Shown piece after piece: positions 35,468 to 47,499 of a stretch of DNA of 64,000 nt (within the stretch, counting starts at the first letter, position 1; each line of letters starts with the position of its first letter). A program made the position numbers and the translations under genes. The stretch is from Octopus sinensis (lineage: Eukaryota): assembly GCF_006345805.1 (NCBI RefSeq), contig NC_043009.1, forward strand, positions 63,860,001-63,924,000, written 5' to 3'. The notes under the pieces are model-generated. The model ran no database searches and was not told the DNA's origin. It saw only the letters and a program-made list of their open reading frames with translations.

Positions 35468-35708
35468 AGAAATCAACAAGCTTCACAAAACCAGAAAGGA
35501 TACCAGAAACATATTGCCAGAGTTGAAAGAAATCTGTGTGGCAAACGAAACAACATAAGATGGGAATTTCAAAATCAAGCATCCATTTGCATTTTAAAGT
35601 ACAATAATCCGTCGACTATCGCAGGTGTTACGCTCCAAAACCTCCCACAGAAATAATTGAAATCTGAAAAAATATAAATACCTATCAGCCGCAGAAACCT
35701 GGATATAC

Positions 35709-35935
35709 GGCGAGCTGGCAGAAACGTTAGCATGCTGGGCGAAATGCTTAGCGGTATTTCGTCAGCCGTTACGTTCTGAGTTCAAATTCTGCCGAGGTCG
35801 ACTCTGCCTTTCATCCTTTTGGGGTCGATAAATTAAGTACCAATTACGCACTGGGGTCGATGTGATTGACTTAATCCCTTTGTCTGTCCTTGTTTGTCCC
35901 CTCTATGACTAGCCCCTTGTGGGCAATAAAAAATA
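35709..35935 (+). mobile_element. SINE-D monomer with 16-bp TSD
   Basis: TSD AGAAACCTGGATATAC at 35693-35708 and 35936-35951; Deu/Nin-like CCTTTCATCCTTTTGGGGTCGATAAATTAAGTACC. Confidence 0.9.
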
Positions 35936-36074
35936 AGAAACCTGGATATACTGAGGAGTCTCCGATATAAATTTAGAGATATTAGCCAGAAAAATCCGCG
36001 ATGTACTGAGTGTGCGATAAGTGAACTGTGATGTAGTGAGTACGCGATAGAGGAACTGTGATATGACGAGGGAT

Positions 36075-36620
36075 TATTGTATTGTCATTAGTTACATTCT
36101 GAGAATATTTCATGTTCCCAATGAAACGATCCAGACTGGAGTTTTGCAAGTGGTTCTTGGCTCAATGTGTAGAAAGTTGTTTGCAATGATGAGACTACAT
36201 TTATAATTAAATGACTCAATTAATCATCACAATTGAATCCACTGGGGACTTGAGAATCCACCTATTATGGAGGAACATCATTTTAATTCCTAGGAGTTGC
36301 AATATGGAGCAGCTTATCATCAAAAGGGTTCATTGAACCATTTTTTTTCTTTCACAGTACTGTGACTGCTTCCGTTTACATGAACTTGCTGTGCCAAATA
36401 TTCAAGTAATGTAAGGACTGACTTTGTGAAATCAGTGGACAAAGTGGTTCAGCAGAATACCTTCCATGTTCATTGGGCCTCACACCACTAAACTCCTTTT
36501 ATGGAAATCCTTAAAAGACAAAGCCTACAATGCAAAACCCAGCATCAGTTGAGAAACTGAGGACAGCCATTGACAGAGCGTGCACACAAAAGCCAAAAAG
36601 AAAAGAAATGGAGCAATAAT
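36075..36620 (+). mobile_element. Decayed Tc1/mariner-superfamily transposase fragment
   Basis: RLEFCKWFL, HWGLENP and LKDKAYNAKP-like pieces; many frameshifts. Confidence 0.5.
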
Positions 36621-36802
36621 TAACAGTTAGAAGTTGATCATTTGTATTAAATGGTCGTAGTTTAATTATAGTTGAAATAACATTTACAGCTGTTTCAGTT
36701 TGTTATTTTTGAGGTAAATTTGCATTTATCTTGTTCCATGTAACAAACATCGTCAGAATGATTTGGACTTTATCAGAGGAATATTGACAGGATACAAGAA
36801 AC

Positions 36803-36974
36803 AGGCGCAGGAGTGGCTGTGTGGTAAGTAGATTGCTTATGAACCACATAGTTCTGGGTTCAGTCCCACTGCGTGGCACCTTCGGCAAGTGTCTTCTACT
36901 ATAGCCTCGGGCCGACCAAAGCCTTGTGAGTGGATTTGGTAGACAGAAACTGAAAGAAGCCTGTCGTATATATG

Positions 36975-37012
<38 letters not shown>

Positions 37013-37092
37013 CTTGTGTGTCTGTGTTTGTCTCCCAACATCGCATGACCATCGATGCTGGTATGTTTACGTCTCCATAACTTAGCAGTTCG
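36803..37092 (+). mobile_element. SINE-C, 3'-truncated
   Basis: GGCGCAGGAGTGGCTGTGTGGTAAG head through CTTAGCAGTTCGG. Confidence 0.85.
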
Positions 37093-37174
37093 GAGATTTT
37101 GCGAATAAGGGGTTCAATGTTGGTCATATGTCAGCGTGTGTATATAAATACTTTTAATGAGATAAAAAAAAACT

Positions 37175-37459
37175 AAGGCTGAGTAGATATTAGAACATTT
37201 ATAGATAGAAAGTCTTACAGCTGTTTTCAGGATATTTATTATATCCCTTCATCGGAAACGGTGTGAGAGGATAGTAATATCCCTACATATCTCACATTTT
37301 CTTTCCTCTACCTCATTCTCTATTTTGTATCCCATCTAAACTAACTATTACTTAACCATCCTCTCACACCTTCTCCGATGAAGGGATATAATTAATAAAT
37401 ATCCTAGAAACAGCTGTAAGACCTTCTATCTATAAATGTTCTAATATCTACTCAGCCTT
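37175..37459. mobile_element. Inverted pair of Penelope-like terminal repeats, each with a hammerhead-like motif
   Basis: About 98-bp inverted arms; right arm CCGATGA-AGGGATAT..ATATCCTA-GAAAC-AGCT-GTA-AGAC (37375-37422). Confidence 0.65.
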
Positions 37460-37834
37460 GGGTTTTTATATATTCTATATCTGAATAAAAGTCAAGATAA
37501 CCTAGGGTTAAAAGAGCTGACCTAGGGTTAAAAACAGCAATAACAACAGCTGGTCATGTCAGCTTGTTAGCTTGTCAGGTGTCCCCATCTATAAGACCTT
37601 TGGCCTCTCTGTGTCCAACAAATAAGTAACAAATACAATTCTAGGATGAGGTGTACTTTGGCTGGATGGTGGTGGTGGTGGTGATGCTGCTGCTGCTGTA
37701 GAAACTGGCATTTGATACAAAATTTTTTCATTTGAGGAATAGACAAAGATACTAAAAATAAAATACTATAATAGACACTAAATATATACAGACATACATA
37801 TGTATATGTGTGTGTATATATATATATATATTAT

Positions 37835-38015
37835 ATCATCATCATCATCATTTAGCGTCCGCTTTCCATGCTAGCATGGGTTGGACGGTTCAACTAGGGT
37901 CTGGGAAGCCAGAAGGCTGCACCAGGCCCAGTCTGATCTGGCAGTGTTTCTACGTCTGGATGCCCTTCCTAACGCCAACCACTCCGTGAGTGTAGTGGGT
38001 GCTTTTTATGTGCCA
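37835..38015 (-). mobile_element. RTE 3' UTR fragment
   Basis: Near-identical to 10150-10350. Confidence 0.85.
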
Positions 38016-38449
38016 TACATATACATATATAACTGCCCAAAATAGTATGGACATCTGGTAACTTGACTGAAGAAAGAAGGCTAGGAATGACCTGTCCTTT
38101 TTTTCCCTCTCCTTCTAAATGTTGTTTCTCCTGTCCATCTTTGTACCATCTATTTGTCTGAATATTTTATTGTCCTCTGTTGCATTTTTGTTCCATTTTG
38201 TGTGTGTGTGTGACCTGGATTTTACAGGATCAACAGTGAAAAAACCCTATGTGGAAGAAGAAAAAATCTAAATAAAACTAATACAGGGCAAAGAGGACCA
38301 TTAATCTTACCTCTATTTGCCCTTCCATTGTCTGTGAGATGATAAAATATACCTGTTCCATGGCTTGAAATGACCGATGAGAGGAATGACTTCTAGATAT
38401 AAAAACCATGCCAAAAATACATCATGTGCTCAACCCCAGCATTAGAAAA

Positions 38450-38760
38450 CATCATTTAGCGTCCGCTTTCCATGCTAGCATGGGTTGGATGGTTCGACTG
38501 AGGACTGGCAAACCAGATGGCTGCACCAGGCTCCAATCTGATCTGGCAGTGTTTCTACAGTTGGATGCTCTTTCTAACGCCAACCAATCCATGAGTGTAG
38601 TGGGTGCCTTTTATGAGCCACCGGCACAGAAGCCAGAGGAGGCTGGCAATGGCCACGATTGATTGGTGCTTTTTATGTGCCACTGGCACGGAAGCCAGTC
38701 AAGGCGGAGCTGACATCGGCCACGTTCGGATGGTGCTTTTTACATGCCACTGACACAGGG
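38450..38760 (-). mobile_element. RTE 3' UTR fragment
   Basis: TTTAGCGTCCGCTTTCCATGCTAGCATGGG... Confidence 0.85.
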
Positions 38761-39057
38761 ATAGCATATATTCTTTTATTCTTTTACTAGTTTAAAGCAG
38801 TAGAATGTGGCCATGCAGGGGCTATGCCCTAATTGGCTTTTATTCAATATCAGACCCAATTCGGTATTTATATTCTTTATTTGATAAATGTCTAAGTTTC
38901 CTTATTGACACAACATCTGTTTTTTAATCCAGTGGTGTTATGCCAAAAACATAAACACAGAAAAATTAAATTTATAAACACACAAACTTGTAAACATTCT
39001 TAAAAATAAAAAATAGAAAAACACAAAGTCATATAAACAAAAAATATAAACATACAG

Positions 39058-39300
39058 GTGCAGGCATAGTTTTGTGGTAAGAAACTTGCCTCCGAACCAC
39101 ATGGTTCTGGGTTCAGTCCCATTGCATGACACCTTGGGCAAGTGTCTAACCTCGGGTCAACCAAAGCCTTGTGAGAGGATTTGGTAGATGGAAACTGAAA
39201 GAAGCCTGCTCTGTGTGTGTGTATGTGTGTGTGCACACGTGTTCATGCGTGTGTGTGTTTATGTCTGTGTTTGTCACCCCACCACTGTTTGACAACTGGT
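39058..39300 (+). mobile_element. SINE-C 5' part
   Basis: GGTTCAGTCCC..ACCTTGGGCAAGTGTC..GATTTGGTAGATGGAAACTGAAAGAAGCC. Confidence 0.8.
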
Positions 39301-39929
39301 TTTAGCAGAATCCGTTATATTATTAGTTAAATTAAGTTTAATCGAGTTTGTTTTGTTTTGGAAAGAATAGAATATAAAAGCTTTCACTTTTATATTAATA
39401 ACTATGGAAGACTGGTGGGGATATTATCTGCATGGACTTCAAGGGCTAGGTCGGTGTTTAGTTAGCTAATTTAAGAGTTAGTTATAGGTTTACTTATAGA
39501 ATTGTTAATTTATTGATATTGTTTTTGTACATCGGGTAAATGTGGTTTCTTTGTTGTAGTTTAATTAATGATGTTAGTGTTTAATCCTTCCTAGAATTAA
39601 CATTGAATGAATGTGGTGATGTCTGAAGTATGTTTGTTCCTAAACAACACTTATTTTAGAGCTGTTGACACCACCAGATTGAATGATACTGTCCAGGTGT
39701 CGAAACCATAATGATATCTGTTGGGCAGCTGATGATGGGGGTATGTTGGATTGTTGGTATGGAATAGTTTTATAACGCATCTATTTGATACACAGACACT
39801 TAAACACATAAACATAGAGATACTTATGTGTACACGAACACTTGAACCCATGGATATATAATATATATCCATAGGATCGTCCCCTGCAACACTCTCCAGC
39901 TGAGCATCCCTAATTTTGTGAGCTCGTGG

Positions 39930-40139
39930 ATTCTGGTGCCATGTAAAAAACACCCATACCGGTGCTATGTAAAAGCACCCAGTACGCTCTGTAGAGGGGT
40001 TGGCATTAGGAAGGGCATCCAAGCCATAGGGACCACACTAAAACAGACAGGGAGCCTGAACAGCCCTTCACCTGGTCAGCTCCTGTCGAATCTTCCAACC
40101 GATGCCAGCATGGAAAATGGACATTAGATGATGGTGTGG

Positions 40140-40175
<36 letters not shown>

Positions 40176-40289
40176 CGATGATGATGACGACGACGACGAC
40201 GACAATGATGATGACGATGACGATGATGATGATGATGATGATGACGATGACGATGATGATGATGATGATGATGATGATAATGATGATGG

Positions 40290-40338
<49 letters not shown>

Positions 40339-40349
40339 AATGATGATGG

Positions 40350-40380
<31 letters not shown>

Positions 40381-40505
40381 GATGATGACGACGACGATGA
40401 TGATGATGATGAGGATGGTGATGATGATGACGATGATAGTGGTGATGATGATGATGATGACGATGACGATGATGATGATGATGATGATGATGATAATGAT
40501 GATGG

Positions 40506-40536
<31 letters not shown>

Positions 40537-40562
40537 GATGATGATGATGATAATGATGATGG

Positions 40563-40593
<31 letters not shown>

Positions 40594-40680
40594 GATGACG
40601 ACGACGACGACGATGATGATGATGATGAGAATGGTGATGATGATGACGATTATGGTGGTGGTGGCAATGGTGGCAGCGGC
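39930..40680 (+). mobile_element. RTE 3' end whose (GAT)n tail is expanded to about 520 bp
   Basis: GCCAGCATGGAAAATGGACATTAGATGATG then (GAT)n 40136-40660 with internal block duplications. Confidence 0.8.
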
Positions 40681-41129
40681 GGCGGTGGTGGTGTGTTTCT
40701 ATATACATACTCATAAGCGCACAAACACCCATAAACTCCGAAACGTAAACAGTCAAGCATAATACAAACACACAAACATAACATAAAAAACCATAAATGT
40801 ACAAACAAATAAATACAAAAAAAAAGCATACAGCATGGCCACAGCCTCGGGGCTGAGAGAAACAAAACAAAAAAAAAAGAATAAAATAAAAGAATAACAA
40901 AACATAGAACCAGAGGAACACACAAGAATATTAACATAAACACATCAACAGAGAAAGAGAGAAACATAAACACACTTGAACATAGAGGCGTGTTGTAGAC
41001 ACACGACCACTAAACGCAAATATGAACACAAACACATAAATATATAAAATACATAAAAAAAAAACAGAAACACGGAAATGTAGAGACACAAACAAGAAAA
41101 ACACACAAACAAAAAAAAAACAATCATGT

Positions 41130-41165
<36 letters not shown>

Positions 41166-41484
41166 ACACAGACACACACAGACACACATATACATCAGCA
41201 AATAAGACACTCTAACACAAACACATCTGCTACCACCACCATCACCACCACAACTATCACCACCACCATAACCACAACCACCATGACCACCACCCTCATC
41301 ACAACTATCACCACCACCACCACCACAACTACCGTAACCACCACCACCATAAACATCACTACCACCATAACCACCACCACCACCACAAACTCCACCACCA
41401 CCACTACCAGACACCATCATTGCTACCAAGACTACTAACACACATACACACACATGCACAAACATAGACACGCATACAAACACA

Positions 41485-41515
<31 letters not shown>

Positions 41516-41779
41516 GCTCACAATACACACAAACAAACACACTCTCTCTCTCTCTCACACACACACACACGCTCACAATACACACATACACACACAAACA
41601 CATGTGTGCACACACACACGCACACACACATACACACACAGACTATTATCATCACCATCCCCATCACCTCCCCCACCACCACAACGACCTATACCGCCAC
41701 TCCATCTTGACCACTACCACTGACCTAGACAAACAGCCTTGCAAGCCACATGACTGAATAACTTAATAATTTAGTAGAT

Positions 41780-41793
41780 GTTGCTATGGCAAC
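41780..41793. promoter_or_regulatory. RFX X-box motif (near-perfect palindrome)
   Basis: GTTGCTATGGCAAC, one mismatch from GTTGCCATGGCAAC. Confidence 0.4.
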
Positions 41794-41899
41794 GATGATG
41801 CAGTTTGTCTTATGACATTTATACATAAAATATGCATTTGCATTTGTTGTGTTTTTGTGTATGTGTGTGTGTGTATGTGAGTTTGTGTGTGTGTGGTGT

Positions 41900-42190
41900 G
41901 TTATGTGAGTATTTGTCTCTGTGTTGTGTGTGTGTATATGTGAGTATTTGTCTGTGTGTGTGTGTGTGTATATGTGAGTATTTGTCTGTGTGTGTGTGTG
42001 TGTATATGTGAGTATTTGTCTGTGTGTGTGTGTGTGTATATGTGAGTATTTGTCTGTGTGTGTGTGTGTGTGTATGTGAGTATTTGTCTGTGTGTGTGTG
42101 TGTGTATATATGTGAGTATTTGTCTGTGTGTGTGTGTGTGTATATGTGAGTATTTGTCTGTGTGTGTGTGTGTGTATGTGAGTATTTGTC

Positions 42191-42222
<32 letters not shown>

Positions 42223-42464
42223 AGTATTTGTCTGTGTGTGTGTGTGTGTATATATGTGAGTATTTGTCTGTGTGTGTGTGTATATGTGAGTATTTGTCTG
42301 TGTGTGTGTGTGGTGTATAGTGAGTATTTGTTGTGTGTTGTGTGTGTGTTTGTGAGATTTGTATGTGTGTGTGTGGTGTGTGTATATGTGAGTATTTGTC
42401 TGTGTGTGTGTGTGTGTATATGTGAGTATTTGTCTGTGTGTGTGTGTATATGTGAGTATTTGTC

Positions 42465-42490
<26 letters not shown>
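41900..42490. repeat. Minisatellite TATATGTGAGTATTTGTC(TG)n, about 20 units of variable length
   Basis: Direct reading. Confidence 0.9.
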
Positions 42491-42495
<5 letters not shown>

Positions 42496-42764
42496 TTGCC
42501 TGGATCTAAAGTGTGTGTGTTTTTGTGTATATCTATCTTTATATCTATGTGTATGCACATTTATGTGCGTGCTTTTTGTCTGTATGCATTTTTCCCCTGC
42601 ACGTGTTTCGTCTGCGTGTGCAGCCGTCTTGCATGTGCAGTCGTCTGCATGTGATGTGCGTGAATGTGTTTGGGTTCAAGCAAGAGACATTAATTTTATG
42701 GATACGCACATATATGGAAATATAGATAAACAGATGGATGGATCGATGGATGAGAGGGTGGATG

Positions 42765-43135
<371 letters not shown>

Positions 43136-43425
43136 TTGTTTTACATTAAGTGTGAATTCCAATTAAGCCTGAGAACTAAGAATGTGAGTCTGCAAACAGC
43201 ACCTCCTGCAGACTCAGTTTTGAATAAATAATGTAATAAACACACACACACACACAAACACACACACTCACAAACACACACACATCTATATTCATAAAGT
43301 GATAGAAATGTATTATTCTGCATATGTGCATTAAGAGCTAATTTTTTGTATATTTTTGATATATTTTTGATATTATTTTAACATGCATGATGCAATATGC
43401 ATACACACACACACCACACACACAC

Positions 43426-44125
43426 ATATGTTTCTCTATTAGCCACACAGGGCTGCACACAGACAGGACAAATTACAAAGTAGAGCTTTTCTTTTTGGGG
43501 AGAAAAAAAAAAGTGGGGTAGGTTTTTGAGCAAAAGGTATCATAAAAAGGAAAGAAAAAAAATTATCAATAGAGATGTGTATCACAGAAATGTCAAGATG
43601 TAAAGTGTGAAGGGGGAAGCAGATAAGGTTTATCCGTGGAAAGAAAAGCCTATGGAAAAGACCACGGTAACCTCGGTCAATAATGTCACATGTTAACACA
43701 TTTGTTTGCAAGTAGGTAACCCTCTGTTTTAAATTTTTCCGGGTTCATAGGACTATGCTCAAAGTGGCATCGTCATTCATACGTGCCATCCTTGCTACAT
43801 TCACCCATCTTTTGTTGAAACATTTGCTAGACAAAACTTGCCTCTCTACTCTCACTTTCCTTTTCAAGTGATACTTGAAGAAGTTGATGAGAGATTGACC
43901 AGAGAGGAAAGTGTTTGTCTCCAATCCTTTCAGACGCGTCCTCCAGATACATTCTTTCGCCATAGCCACAAGTATGATGAAAATAGCTCTTCTTTCCCGT
44001 TTGAAGGAAGGAGGCATGATGATATTGACGATAGACTCGGCTGATAAATCGACTCGTCCCACACGTGACAGCAGTCATTCGACATAAGCCCACAGGTCGG
44101 AAATGGTTGGACACTGCGTGAGTAG
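43426..44125 (-). mobile_element. 5'-truncated Tx1/L1-clade LINE (zf-RVT/C-terminus + 3' UTR)
   Basis: QCPTISDLWAYVE*LLSRVGRV...VAMAKECIWRTR...FFKYHLKRKVRVER...FNKRWVNV, typical L1/Tx1 C-terminal pattern; U-rich 3' UTR. Confidence 0.8.
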
Positions 44126-44166
44126 ATAGATAAATATGGATATATATAGGTAAATGTATGTGTGTA

Positions 44167-44210
<44 letters not shown>

Positions 44211-44799
44211 CCAGCAAGATAGCACCATTTGAAAGCTAAAACAATGTGAAGTGCATTGTGATCAATGATGTATAACAACAGCTGATAGTTTGGTCGACAC
44301 CATACACACATGTGTGTGCATGCCTACAAGCACACACTCACACACACACACACACACACACTCACACACACATATGCTCATACATACATACATAAAAGCA
44401 TTCAGCCAAATAGGAAACTTCTCTTTATGGTCACTCAACATGCTAGAAATAACAACCAAATTTTTCCCAAATCACTTTGCATTGGCTTAACAAAGAGAGT
44501 CCATGTTAGATAATATAGCCTTAGATAAACTAAACCTGATTATAAAAGGAGATGGTCTTTGTTGGAATGTCTTTGACTTTAGGTTTGCAGGATAAGATGT
44601 GATTTGAGAATAAACAGCAATTTCAAACATTAACAAGGAACAAAATAGGATTCTGCTCTCATCAAGGAGAAAACATTACTTCACTAAGAAAAAATGGAGT
44701 TGACAGGGACTCTGTACAGTGTGGCCAATGTAAACTATGGAGGTGCAAGTGTTGCAGAGTGACACACAAAGATATACTTTGTGTTTCGCAGATATACAG

Positions 44800-45155
44800 A
44801 AGTACTTGTTGCATTTATTATACTGTGGCCATGCTGGGGCATCCCTTGAAGAATTTTTAGTCAAATGAATCAATCTCAGTTCTTCTGATTTTTTTATTAG
44901 CCTGGTATTTATTCTATCAGTTACTTTTGATGAACTGCTAAGTTCATCAAGTGGTAGTGAAGGACAAACAGACACACACACACGTACACACATATAAACA
45001 CACATACATATGTACATATATATATACACACACACACACACATACAATGGGCTTCTTTCAGTATTCATCCACCAAATCCACTCATAAGGCTTTGGTCAGC
45101 CCAAGGCTATATTAAAAGACACTTGCCCAAGGTGTCACACATTGGGACTGAACCC
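44800..45155 (-). mobile_element. Decayed SINE-C
   Basis: GGCTTCTTTCAG...CCAAATCCACTCATAAGGCTTTGG...GACACTTGCCCAAGGTG. Confidence 0.75.
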
Positions 45156-45996
45156 AGCTGGCAAGCTGAGGGGGCTACATGAGACTCCAGTCTGATTTGG
45201 CATGGTTTCTGTGACTGGATGCCCTTCCTAATGCCAACCACTTGGAGAATGTAATGGATGCTTTTATGTGCCACCGGCATGGGTGCCAGTTACGTGACAC
45301 TGGTATCTGCCATGACTATGATTTCCCTTGGTTTGATGGGTCTGTAAAGTTAGTGATGTGTGGAGCAATGGAACAGAAAGGAACTGAGAGAAAAACTGAG
45401 AAGATTAAGAATTTCCGGCTTAGGTTTTACCTGCTGCTAATATTTTGAAACCCAAGACAACTTTATTCAACTTCTTTCGTGGTTGACTGGTTTGATGACA
45501 ACACCAGAAATCCCTAACCGGATTACTGGGTGAGGAGGGATTGTAGGGGTCGGAGGGAATAAAACTAAACCTGTTAAAGGGCAGGTAAGCCTCTCAACAA
45601 TACATGGAGAGGAAACAGATGCGACTAGGTTATCTCCCCATTAAAACATCACATGACGGAGTTAAACAAAACTCAAATATCAAACCGAATCAGTCGGAAG
45701 CCAAGTTGAAAGCTGTCCCCACACTCAGCCCCACCATCATTTTTATCTCTGAGAGGAGTTGATAAATATATTAAGGGAACAAATCAAAAGCTAAAACTAT
45801 TTAAAAATTCCTTTATAGTTGGCACTTGGAATGCACAAATGCTTTATCAATCTGATGAGATACAACTAAGGTTTTGAGATGGAAAGATTTTGGGGGGAAT
45901 GTTATAGAGATTGCTGAAAGAAGATGGATAAAATATGTAAATTTTATGGTAGATAATAGGCATAAAATAGGTCTTAATGGAGAGGAATGTAAACAT

Positions 45997-46410
45997 AGGC
46001 GTGGGAGTGGCTGTGTGGTAAGTAGCTTGCTAACCAACCACATGGTTCCAGGTTCAGTCCCACTGCGTGGCATCTTGGGCAAGTGTCTTCTGCTATAGCC
46101 TCGGGCCAACCAATGCCTTGTGAGTGGATTTGGTAGACGGAAACTGAAAGAAGCCTGTCATATATATATATATATATGTATATGTATGTGTGTGTGTTTG
46201 TGTGTCTGTGTTTGTCCCTCTAGCATTGCTTGACAACCGATGCTGGTGTGTTTACATCCCCATTACTTAGCGGTTTACGTCCCCGTTACTTAGCGATAGA
46301 ATAAGTACTGGGCTTACAAAGAATAAGTCCTGGGGTCGATTTGCTCGACTGAAGGCGATGCTCCAGCATGGCCGCAGTCAAATGACTGAAACAAGTAAAA
46401 GAGTAAATGT
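45997..46410 (+). mobile_element. Full-length SINE-C
   Basis: As 12098-12500. Confidence 0.9.
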
Positions 46411-46479
46411 GTATATAAAAGAGTGTTGGTTTCACGGTGCCCAACAATACTTTGAATGTCAGCAAGACACTACACACGA

Positions 46480-46900
46480 ATTCCCTGCAGAATGCTGACG
46501 GCTAAGCTATAATAGCATCTTCTTCATCAAGATTTAGAAAAGCAATTAACGAACAAAAACAATGACTGGAGTTTGGAGATAAAATCAGATGTTCATATTT
46601 GGAAAGGAATTGTTGGTAAATGTGATCTGAGCAAGATAAATTAAAATTAATGAGAGCGGGGTAAGGTTATTAGAATTTAAAAATTAATTATGGTAAATAC
46701 AAGGCATAAACTGCGTAGAATGATAACGTGGCATTTATTTTGAGTGGTATGAAATAATCGTTTGTCTCGAGGGACATATAATGATTGTTTATGTAGAATG
46801 GTGTGCGTAATAATCAATTATTTTGAGGGGTTGATCGGATCAATTTTATTCTCATCCACAAAATGTTATCAGTCAAGTGTAAATGGAGTAAAAACTTGAA
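46480..46900 (+). mobile_element. Decayed RTE endonuclease-domain fragment
   Basis: WKGIVGK, NESGVRLLEF and ITW-like pieces. Confidence 0.5.
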
Positions 46901-46939
46901 TCTTCCCGGGATGGACGTAGGCAGCATTCATGAAATTTT

Positions 46940-47008
46940 CTACTCTATAGCCCTGAGTTGATCAATGCTTTGTGAGTGGATTTGGTAGGCAGAAACTGTA
47001 AGAAGCCC

Positions 47009-47046
<38 letters not shown>

Positions 47047-47450
47047 TATGTATGTATGTAGGTAAGTATGTATGTATGGGTGTGTGTGTATGTATGTATG
47101 GGTGTGTGTATGTATGGATGTATGTATGTATGGGCGTGTGTATGTATGGGCGTGTGTATGTATGGGTGTGTATATGCATGTATGTACAGATGTGTGTGTG
47201 AATGTATGTATGGGTGTGTGTGTATGTATGTATCTATGTGTCTTTGTGTATATCTTTGTGCCCCACCACCACTTGACAACTGGTGTTGGTTTGTTTACAT
47301 CCCTATAACTTAGCAGTTCAGCAAAAGGGTCTGATAAAATCAGTGCTTGGCTTAGAAAACAAGTACCAGGGTCGATTTGTTTGAGTAAACCTTTCAAGGT
47401 GGTGCCCCAGCATGGGCTCAGTTCAATAACGTAAACAAGTGAGAGGTAAA
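46940..47450 (+). mobile_element. SINE-C with about 240-bp expanded internal microsatellite
   Basis: SINE-C halves separated by (TG)/(TATG) array 47010-47245. Confidence 0.8.
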
Positions 47451-47499
47451 AGATAAAGACAAAGAATGGAACTGAAATATGGAAATGAAGCAGAAGGAA

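Noticed and set aside
39700-39735. GAAAC...GTT...CTGATGA as a type II hammerhead
   Set aside because: Stem I cannot form (only 6 nt between motifs) and stem II partners do not pair; the second copy has CCGATGA without compensating structure.
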